Origin: Bigelowiella natans nucleomorph
Lineage: Eukaryota > Protista > Cercozoa
NCBI GenBank assembly: GCA_000002455.1
Contig: DQ158858.1
Location: 30,001 to 62,000, forward strand
Reading direction: 5' to 3'
DNA: 32,000 nt
The notes below the pieces were generated by a model. It saw only the letters and a program-made list of their open reading frames with translations, was not told where the DNA came from and searched no databases. Of this stretch, positions 22,277 to 32,000 are shown piece after piece. Within the stretch, counting starts at the first letter, position 1. Each line of letters starts with the position of its first letter. Position numbers and translations under genes: made by a program.

Positions 22277-25200
22277 ATGATAGGTTTCGAAAATATGCAA
22301 ATAATGAAGCACGTATTAAGAAGAGCATTAATAAAAGATCTGATTTTTGTTTCTAAATATAGACATTACGTATATACAAAATTAATCAAAATAAAATATC
22401 CAAGAATTCAAAAATTATTAGCGAGCAGTAAATACGAGCAAAACTTAAATTGTAATATTCTTTCTGAATTCGTTTTAAAAATTATACCAATCAGTTATTT
22501 AAATAATGATCTAAACTTATTACAACTCCTAGTCTTTCAAATAAAAATACTACGATACCATTCTATAGAAACATCAATTTTTTTGTGAAAAACTAGTTTT
22601 ATCTAACTTTAATTCACGGATTTTCCCTGAAACATACTACTTTACCTCGATAATTGGTCAAAAAGTTAAGAAATTCATCTTAGAACACTCTTTCCTATTT
22701 AAAATCTCTAAAGCTAAGATTTATAAATTCTATAATAAATAAAAATCACGCATTAGGAAAACTGAAAATTAATCTGAAAAAGTATTTTTCATTTTATCTA
22801 CTGGATACTGAAATAATTAATTTTTATAGTTCTCTACTAGTTTCTGGTTTGTATCATTTAGTAAAATTAAAAAAAGTGTTTTTTATTTTCCAAAAACAAT
22901 ATTTTAAAAAAAATATAAAATTTCTCATTTATACTAGATTATATATTTTTGAAGTAATGATGAAAATCTTTATCAAGAGAATTAGCAAAGCACTATGGAG
23001 TATAAATACAGGTAAATGCTATGAAGGTATTCTTATAGTTCAATACTTTTTGGAAAACTTTAAAAAAATGTGTAACTATTCGAGACTTTATCAATTTATT
23101 GTCGATATCTTTCAAATTTCGAACACTATTATTATGAAAAATAAACTTATTTCTAATACTTATAATTTTAAAATACAATCTTATTCAATCAACGAATGGT
23201 TGATACATTCTCCAGATAAAACTAAACTGCTCAATCAAATTAAAAGTTTTTCATTTGGAAAAATGTTTTACTTATCTTGTAATAATGAAGTATTTAAGAG
23301 GCATATAAAATTGTTCATTTTATCTAATTTAAAAAGAATATTTATTGTATTTCTCCAAATGCTTTTAAAAGTAAAATATATCTTAATAGAATAGTTATTT
23401 TAAAAACTTTTCATTTTTCTTTGATAAATATGTCGAACCAAGTACATATTGTTCGAACAACTCTATTTTATACGCAGCCTTAAATGTCACCTGTGTTAGC
23501 CTTTGTCATAATATTAAAACTTCTTTATCAAAAAATATCTTAATATATAGACTTTCCCAGAAAACGAACAAAAGTTATATTTTTTCTAACTCTTATGCTA
23601 ATTTAATTCCTGTGACGAAAATAAGCTTAAAAAAGAACTCAAGAAAATGTTTTCTACTTTCTAAACTTGAGAATTCATTTTTCAATAAAAAAAAATTAAT
23701 ATTAAATCTTAAAAAAAGAAAACTGATACTCTCAGGAAGTATATTTCTTTCAAAAATAAAGGATCTTTTTTATAATAAACGAGATTTATTTAATATAATT
23801 CCTAAAATAACGAACTTTAAAGTCAATAAAATTAATAATTTAAGCTTCAAAAGTAATAGTTTATTAATAGATAATATTATTAAAATAGAAATTTTAACGA
23901 ATACGAAATTTAATATAAAATCCTTGTTTCAATCAAACTTTCTAATCAACTATCCATTCAAATATCATGCAATTCGTTATCTAATAAAACTTTTCATAAG
24001 ATCAAATAAAAAAGACTATAAAAATCTGATCAAAAAAAATAGTTCTGATTCTTTTAAAATATCACAACCCTTAAGATTGACTCTTAAAAAGTTTCATACT
24101 AGAAAATAGTGGTATACACTTGATTTCATATGATACTAAAATAATCACAAATCCCAATAAGAGGATCAATACAAACTTTTTATACAATAAGAAAACTACA
24201 AATTTATGTTGTAGAAAAATTGAAGAAATTTTTATTGCTACAAACTCTCTAAAATGGAATAAATCAAAACTTGCTCTTAAAACAAAAGTTTTTAACTGTA
24301 CTTATCTCAAAAAATTCAAAAATCTACAATTATATAACTCGAAATTAGTCATATGGGATGAGTTCATGTTGAAAATAACCATTCAAATGCTAAAAAATGG
24401 TGTGCTTTGGGTTGATTCCTTCTCTATTCAATCTTGCATTAATCAATTTTTGATAATGGTTCACTTATTTTTAACAAATGATAATTCTCGAAAAATTTTG
24501 ATAATTTTCCCATCTTATTTTGATTACTTATTTTGCTTTAATGTATTGGGAGTTCTTTTTAAATCTTTCAGGTAGAATTTATAAAAAAGAAAATGGCTAC
24601 TAGTGGACACTAAAAGTCTATCTTTACTAAAAGCAAAAAAATATTTAATAAATTTCAACACTATTCTGGAGACAAGATTAAATCATCATCCTAATATTGA
24701 AGAAAAATTATACGAAAAAAAAAGTTCTAAGGTTTTTTTTGCTAAAATAGATTAGTTCTGTCTTACAAAATATCAATAAAAATATTTGGGACACTATTAG
24801 AATATTAATTAATGACAGTTTAAAAGTTCTAGCGTTTAAAGGAAAATTTTTATTTAAAATCTCTCGATTAATTCTACAAAATTTAGTAAATTTCAGAACT
24901 ATTTTAATATTTGAACCAGATTTATTCGTTCTAATAGAACTTATTGGACATCTAATGTGCAAAAAAATCCCATACTATTCTAACAATCTATATAATATAA
25001 TAATACTAAATTTTGGTCAATTTAGACTAAAACGGGATTTACACTTTAATACAAATAATAGAGATTTGTTTAAACACGGATCAATTAAACAAAGATACTT
25101 CAAATTTTTTTCATATTTCAGAAAAAATTTTAATAAATTATTAATAAACAAAAAACGTAGTAACTTCTCAAATATTAAAATAAAAGCGCATAGCTTTTTC

Positions 25201-25812
25201 AAATATACTAATTACTACCCTAATATCATTGAAATCCAACATGCATCAACAACACATCATTTTCTGGGTGGTAGTTTTTATGAAGAACTATGCTTGTTTT
25301 TATCAGTAATTTCCCAGTATATCATATTAAGATTATTAGGTTATAAAGCTAGTGATATTAATTTACTCGTAAGGCGTAATGTAAATGGATTAAAATCAAA
25401 GCAAGTCTGTAGAAATATATTACAAAGTAAAACTATATTAAAAAAACCATTAATCAAAAATAATTTATCATTTTTTAGAGGCAAGACGATTTTTTTTGTT
25501 ATAATAGATAAAGGCTTGTTTTCAAAAACCAACATTTCTTTGTTAGCAAAAATGTATTATATTCTTTCTCTACATACTAAAATAGCAGTTTTAAATGATA
25601 GTTATGAAAAATCCTCACAAATTCATAAACTTAAATTCAAGCAGAATAGATTTTTTAAGTCATATAGCAAAAATTTTAAATTAACTACGAAAATAAATCC
25701 CATTGGTCTCTTTTTACAGGCAGTTTTTTCAACTTATGATGCGTGTAATTCTGCTCTGTTAAATCATTTATTATTTAGCTATATTTTTAATAATGTAATT
25801 TTACTTAGTTAA
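22277..25812 (+). CDS. aqr: Aquarius (AQR/IBP160) spliceosomal SF1 helicase homologue, degenerate, 5 introns plus one frame break near 22580
   Basis: CFLLSKLENSF matches CLALPKLNLQF. YIILRLLGYKASDINLL...KPLIKNNLSFFRGKTIFFVII matches YMCLLGYPADKISIL...[32 protein letters not shown] matches EQRTLIVTHS. Length is about 1140 aa. Confidence 0.72.
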
Positions 25813-25841
25813 TTCAACAGATCTTAATAATTTACTTTTAG

Positions 25842-26543
25842 CTATTTTAATAGAATTGGTAAATATGACCAAAATTTAAGAAATTTAATAAACATTAGAA
25901 AATCTAAATTTAATAATTTCGAATTTATTTTTTTCTTTCCTAGACTATCATCAAGCTTTTCCGTATACTGGGATTTACATACCCTATTTAATTAAATAAA
26001 ACTTAAGCATACCTAGGTTCAGAAAGCTCGAGAATATTAGTGAATAATTTGAGTAAACAATTTTATTAGATTTGAAAAAATTGAAAAAAAATAGCAAAAC
26101 GTTTATAAAATGATTCTCGTATTCTGAAAAAATTATATTTTGCAAATATTTAAAGTTGGATTGAGAAATCTTTATTTTGTAATTATACTGAAACATACTT
26201 ATTAATTTTTAAATTTACAAAAAGAACAGGACCCTTATCGTATGACAATGTGATTAAAACTATATTCAAATTACTCAAATATGGTATTATGATTATTTTA
26301 TCATTTGAAACTAACTTTCTATATTTTTTGAGCGTCTTGATACTAATGGAAGATTTTTTAAACAGTTTAAATTCACTGAAAAGATTCTATTATTTTTTAA
26401 TATACGGTAATATATTTAACCATTGCATAATTTTTAAATTTTGAATTTATTATAACTAATTTCGAATTATTTGTTTTAGAATTTTGATATAATTTATTTT
26501 TATGATACTGTTTCAGAAGAAGAAGTTTAAAAAAGCTGTCCAT
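25842..26543 (-). CDS. Brix-domain ribosome biogenesis protein (RPF1/IMP4-like), three 19-nt introns
   Basis: Spliced: SKLVIINS...NLFSEFKLFKKSSISIKTL...LITLSYDKGPVLFVNL...NIIFSEYENH..., following the Brix order (PKILITT...LPxGPTAxF...PxLIxNNF). Confidence 0.55.
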
Positions 26544-26606
26544 TCTATTTATTTTATTACTAATTTAGGTTGTTGTTTATAATTGATTAAACGTATAAAT
26601 ATACTA

Positions 26607-27283
26607 ATGATCAAATTTAAATCTAAAGCAAATAGCTGCTATAAACAAAAAAAACTTTACAAGTTTCCTATATGGTTTAAATATGCTCTTCCAAATGACG
26701 AATCTAATAACAATAAAATTAACTTGATTTATTCTAAGTATAATTGTATAAAGTTATAATATTATGATACAGATTATTTTTTAATGACATTGAGAGTAGT
26801 CAAGATACTTTCATACATTCTTACACAAAAAATGAAAAATTTAATAACCATTTCAGAATTGAAAATAATATTAAAAACTTTTATAATATAAAAGTATTTT
26901 TTAAACGTAAAGATCAATATTTACTTTAAAGAAAAAGTTAATTTAGAAAATAAAAAAATCTTAAAAGAAATTATATTAAGTTGGTTTTTATTAGGATCAT
27001 ATGGTGCCTACTCAACTGAGATTTTAGAGGTACTGTTATACGCTATAGGAAAAATCAGTAACTGATTCAACCGATCAAAGATCCTTTGAATATGAAAATC
27101 AAAGTGGTTTTCATTCCATTGATCTTTTTACTTTTAAGAACAACTTCTGCACACTTATGTATCATTTTTTACAATAGTGTTAACCTGGGAGCAGTAGATG
27201 ACTATGTAATAAACATTTTACTTAACTCTTTAAGGGGTTTCAACGTTCAAAACGATTGCATTGAATTTATCAAATTACATTAA
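26607..27283 (+). CDS. DUF3531-family protein (cyanobacterial/plastid type), 4 introns
   Basis: Spliced: INIYFKEKVNLENKKILKEIILSWFLLGSYGAYSTEILE|...SGFHSID...FCTLIVNLGAVDDYVINILLNSLRGF...IEFIKL, matching DUF3531 SWFxLGKLGGFN...MHN...DLGTSD..ALDVLINAL. Confidence 0.72.
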
Positions 27284-27324
27284 TTAGTAAGAAATCAAGC
27301 TATAATTTTATTAAATAAAACTTA

Positions 27325-30300
27325 TCATAAAACATTTATTAAAGCCTTGATGCTATGATACTTTAGTTCTCTTATGAAACTTATTAAAATAAAAGGAACT
27401 ATTAATATGTGATACTTGGCATCATTACAACATTTCTGGTCGCTTAAGTTAATTTTTCTATTGGATTTAAAACAGCTAAAATCATCTTTGTTAAATCCAA
27501 CCCTTAAATTGTTGCAGTTAACACACAGTAAAGTAACATAATAATCAGATGATTTTGATAATCGATCATTTACTAGCGCCGATGCACCATGAGAAATAAG
27601 AGCATCTTTTTCCATTTCACCAAATCGGATAGCCCCTCCATATTTTCTACCTCTCCTAGGCTGTTTGGTCAATGGTTCAGTTGGACTTCTAAAACTAAAT
27701 TGCATTTTATCATTAACCATCTGTGGTAGTCTCTGGTAAAATACCACACCGTTATAGAAGAAAGTTTTAACTGTAATACCTAGTCTTCCATCAATCATAA
27801 GACTTTCATTGATATTTGTGTGCCCGTATTCCTTAAAAAAAACAGAAATATCATTATACCAATCATACTCTCTTTTTCTATGTTTTGTAAAATCGCTCAA
27901 GTTTAAAAGTTTACCAGTAAAAATACTATTTTTCAACAATGCCATTTCTTTAAGCATACCTATTGTCATTCTTGATGGAAAGGAATGAGGATTCAATGAT
28001 ACTTCAGGAATTATTCCATCAAAAAAACTGAATGGAAGATCTTCGCGGCTTATCAACGTCGAAACAACACTTTTTTGTCCATGAAGAGAAGCCAGTTTAT
28101 CTCCAACTAGAATATTTCTAGTAATATTTTTAGTAATTTCTAACGAGAATTTAAATCTCGTTTTAGATTTGACCTTTTCTTTCCCAAAATAAGTAAATTG
28201 ATCAAAGTTATTATATTCTTGAACTTTTACCTTCTAAAATAAAGTATTTAACATTTTTTTTTGTATAATTAAAGATCGAGGATAAAATAAATCGATTATG
28301 ACAAAGATTTCTTACACTTTTATTGATAATTAGAGAATTGAGTAGTGAACGAATATTTTTTGTCAGAGCTATTTTTTCTTTATCTTTTTCAATTAAATAA
28401 TTATTTTGTTTTACCTTTTTAAGAATTATAGTATGAAAAAGACCATTTTGTGAAGAAAACTTATTCAACACACATGCATCTTCCATATCATTTTGAGAAT
28501 TAGAACCAATCGATATAATAATATTATTTCCATAGGGTAGTAAACCTCTTCGGGTTATAATTCTATTGAATTTCTTGAACAAATATTTCTGTGGATAATA
28601 CAGAAACATCACTTTTGTATCTTGACAAAACATACTGTTTTCTAAACCCGCTCCAATTGCCTGCTTTGACATTTGACACTGATAAATATTTCTAGGGCTC
28701 TGGTTATGATTCCAAAACGGAATCAAGGAAGCAGTAAAACTTAAGAGAGCAATATTCCCTAAATCTTGATGAGTTTTATCAAAAAATTTTTGCGAACTAA
28801 AAGAATCTAGCCATTTAACTGATAAATTTATAAATTCATTCATTCCAATGAATTCAAAAGAACAACTACTATATAACTTTAGTAGTCTGAGTGGTCTATT
28901 TGCGTTAGTATAAAATTGAATCATTTCATTTCCAGGAACAGATGGTGTAAAATATGCTGCTTCAGTATCAAATATTTTTAACTTTTGGTTTTCAAAAGAA
29001 TGATTCAAAAAAAGATTTCTACCATTATCATATAATCTGATGCTTTTAAGAAAATGATAAAAACGGATTTTTTCATTAAGTAAACTATGAAAGAAAAGTC
29101 CAATCAACATGTTATTTAATCCAGCAGATATAAGATTTTCAAAACTTGTTCCCACTATTTTTGACTCAATCGGAAGAAAATTTATTGATAACAAAAATTC
29201 TTGTATAAAAAAATTGCTATTTAAATCATCAAACTCACAATCTATAGATATCGCTGTTAACAAGGATAAATGATTAATCAAACCACTTGAAGCTCCATCA
29301 GGTGTCTGTACTGGACATAAATATCCTAAGCTATCAAGCGAAACTAATCTCGGATAAATATTTTGAGATTTTTTAAAATATTGACCTCTATGTACTAAAT
29401 CAAAATTAGAGAAATAACAAGACATATTGGATTTTTCAAGAAGAACTGAGTTACCATTTTCATAACTACTGTGAGAGACTAAATCTTTTAAATGACCAAC
29501 AGATATGATTATTTTAATTCTGCTAAATATTTTTTTATTAATATTTGTATAAGAATAAAAGTCTTTTGAAAAGCTCGTGCTATTTTTCATACTATTTTTA
29601 TTAATATTATCCTTTAACTTGAGACTTGATCGAAAAATTATAGTCATAGCACTTTTGAATAAAGCTAGCGTACATACATCTCCAGGCAAAATATATTCTA
29701 AATTAATAGTTAAATTCAAATTATCGCTTGAATCTTTAAAAATTTTATTCTCAACTAGTCGTAAATAAATACTACGAAAATAGTTGTGCTTATTGGAAGA
29801 ATTATATAAATGACCTAAAAACGTATTTCTTATAAAATGACACCCTACTTCCATAAAATTCGAAAAGAAATCAAGTAAATTAGAACAGTTGATAACCTTT
29901 CCTACATAATTAAAGTAGTCAAACTTTGAATACAAACCCAAACCTACAATCTGTGCATGTTGCACTAAATTACTATTAATATAGAATTGTTTTAATAAAT
30001 GTCTACAAATTCTTCCGTTATAAAAATTAGAATAGTGATTCTCATTGGAAATTTGACCCGATAATTTCTTATTATCCAAAATGCTACATAGTAAAACTTC
30101 AGAAAAAATTTCAATATCATAATCTCTTGAACCAAAAATAAAAATTATCCCTTTTGACCGCGATAGAAAAATTTTAGTTATAAAATTTTCGCTATTTTTT
30201 TTCGATATTTTAATCAAAATATAAGTTTTTGATGCGTTAGATTTGTGAGACTTTTTTTTTATGAGAAAAATATGATTTTTCTTAATAGTATTAGATATTC

Positions 30301-30757
30301 TAATTACTTTACTCTTTCCTTTAGAAACAAAGTATCCTGTTTTAAATACTTTTTTCTCAGAAAGTTGAACATTTCTAGTAATGATTTGTGAATGCACATT
30401 ACATCTAATGGATCCTAACATCATCGGTAGACTTGTTGTACATTGTATTTTAGATTTTTTAATATGGTTTATTGAAATAGAACAAAGAGAATAATAAAGA
30501 TAAGAATCATAAGTTGACATTATGTCTTTACAATACTGCTCATATAACGTTAGCTCTCGGTTAAGGCTTTTTAAAAAAAATTTGGGAAAAGAAATAAAAG
30601 GCTTTTTTATATTACAAAAAACTATATTGTCAGACTTAAAGTTTAAAAAAAAGTTAGATGCTAATAAAATAAAGCTTATTCTTATTTTATTGTTTAAAAA
30701 ATTATCGAACGACTTTTTATGAAGATCTTGACAAAAATAAAAAGTTATATTAGCCAT
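27325..30757 (-). CDS. rpa2: RNA polymerase I second-largest subunit (RPA2/RPA135)
   Basis: Pol I-type motifs VHRG, GYLCPVQTPDG..GLINHL, HNQSPRNIYQCQMSKQAIG, DMEDA, GDKLASLHGQKS, NPHSFPSRMTIGML, GAIRFGEMEKDALISHGA. The junction at about 28157-28251 needs splicing. Confidence 0.93.
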
Positions 30758-30843
30758 TTATTAATTTTTTAAAATAAACTACAACTTCTTTTACTTTTCA
30801 ATTTGGTTTATAAAAAATAATGATACCAGCATATTTTTACTAC

Positions 30844-31489
30844 TTAAGTTTGAGGTTTTTTATTCTTTAGTTTATAATATTTTGAAACCATAGTTGGTAT
30901 GCTGTTAATTATCGCTCCATAATAGTTATTTAAATAAATTTCAAAAAAAGGAAACGCTTTTACTTCGAAATTTTTAGGAATCTTTGATGATAGTAATACT
31001 TGAAAAAGCTCATTTTTTTTAAGAAAATTCAAATAAACAAAAAAAATCTGTTTCGTATATTTTATATGAGGTAAACAGTAAGGATATAATTTACTTTCGA
31101 ATCCTTGTCTTAAAAAAATAGATACTAATCTTGAGCTTATAGTAATAAATATACTTCATAGATTTAGTAAAAAGATTTTTAGACACATTATTGACATTCT
31201 CTAGGTTTACCTTTTTCAGATGATCTGATTTAAATTTTAACAATTTATCGATGTCGATGATGTCAAACTTGTCATTAAAAGATCTAAATAATAGAACATA
31301 CGGGTGCTTATGCTTCGTAACAATAACTATAGATTTTCTTGAAGCAAAAGATCCAAATTTTAAAAATCTATCTTAAATAAATTACTTATATTTTAACCTT
31401 TGTAATTTATGTCTCATTTTTCTATCTTTCCGTTTTACTGCTTTGCTTGTATAGAATTTATAGTTTTCAATGGGATAAAACAACCTCAT
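30844..31489 (-). CDS. nudt21: Cleavage factor Im 25 kDa subunit (NUDT21/CPSF5), 2 definite introns plus 1 in-frame 18-nt intron
   Basis: MRLFYPIENYKF...LQRLKYKF...KHKHPYVLL...RQGFESKLYPYCLPHI...LFQ|IPKNFEVKAFPFFEIY...YGAIINSIPTMVSKY, matching LYPLTNYTF...RPNFEPPQYPYIPAHI...FAVPKNYKLVAAPLFELY...YGPIISSLPQLLSRF. Confidence 0.9.
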
Positions 31490-31541
31490 TCAAACTTGCT
31501 TTAATTGCTTTTTCTCATTAATTATAATATTAATATTAATT

Positions 31542-31865
31542 ATGTTCTGTAAAACTTGTAACAATCTCCTATCCATTTCATTGCTAAAAAAATGTCATAT
31601 TACATGCTTTTTCTGCGGAATTCAATCAAGAATAGTAGCTAAAAAGAATATAATATTAGAAAAATCTTACATTTCCCAAAATCACAATATTCGTAACTTA
31701 CACACTGAAAATAAGTCTATTATTAGTAGTAATCAAAAATGTTCATTTTGTGATGGGAAAATTTTCATTGTAAATGAAAATATTTTGCCTAGTAATCGAA
31801 TAATAGTATTAAAATGCGCTAGCTGTAAAATTTATTTATGTCAAAAAGTAGGTTTAACTAAATAA
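31542..31865 (+). CDS. rpa12: RNA polymerase subunit with two Zn ribbons, RPA12-like (RPA12/RPB9/RPC11 family)
   Basis: FCKTCNNLL...ITCFFCG...KCSFC...LKCASC: four CxxC pairs in 107 aa. Confidence 0.7.
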   Translation: MFCKTCNNLLSISLLKKCHITCFFCGIQSRIVAKKNIILEKSYISQNHNIRNLHTENKSIISSNQKCSFCDGKIFIVNENILPSNRIIVLKCASCKIYLCQKVGLTK

Positions 31866-31895
31866 TTAATATTGAATAAATGCAGACTTTGACAT

Positions 31896-32000
31896 ATGTT
31901 AGAAAATTATCAGAAATTAAAAATTAAAAAACTGAAAAATCAAAAACGTAAGATAAAAAAATATATCTTATCAAAAATCCAAAGAACTAAATTCAATAAT
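31896..32000 (+). CDS. 5' end of a Lys-rich CDS running off the window
   Basis: ATG at 31896 is open to the window end (MLENYQKLKIKKLKNQKRK...). Confidence 0.4.
   Translation, partial: MLENYQKLKIKKLKNQKRKIKKYILSKIQRTKFNN

Noticed and set aside
1-32000. Widespread pseudogenisation, an alternative genetic code, or prokaryotic elements (CRISPR, IS, phage)
   Set aside because: Nearly all stops and frameshifts disappear on removing 18-21 nt GT-AG introns under the standard code. No repeat arrays, transposases, rRNA or tRNA genes were seen.

Overview
Very AT-rich, gene-dense eukaryotic DNA. About 27 protein genes are packed with gaps mostly under 100 nt and are interrupted by roughly 80 GT-AG introns of 18-21 nt, mostly 19 nt. 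This architecture is the hallmark of a chlorarachniophyte nucleomorph (Bigelowiella-type reduced green-algal endosymbiont nucleus); the species is not determined. The ORF track fragments most genes, so I spliced them by hand. Housekeeping genes: RLP24-like, NOP2, RPS26, RPS2, eEF2, RPS10, RPSA, TBP, a CCT subunit, an MCM subunit, RPS8, an RPF1/IMP4-like Brix protein, RPA2, CFIm25 and RPA12. Splicing genes: Y14/RBM8A, SmD2, PPIL4, SF3A2, PRP38, Aquarius and a possible CWC22. Also present are a DUF3531 (cyanobacterial/plastid-type) gene and several orphans. Main observations: (1) many conserved enzymes are kept as full-length spliced genes but have lost their catalytic motifs (NOP2, CCT, MCM, Aquarius, PPIL4 cyclophilin, RPA12); (2) TBP has lost 2 of its 4 DNA-intercalating Phe; (3) the DUF3531 gene is a candidate plastid-targeted gene; (4) frame breaks in eEF2, Aquarius and RPA2 are not explained by the usual 18-21 nt introns. 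All family calls come from motifs recognised by eye; no database search was run.
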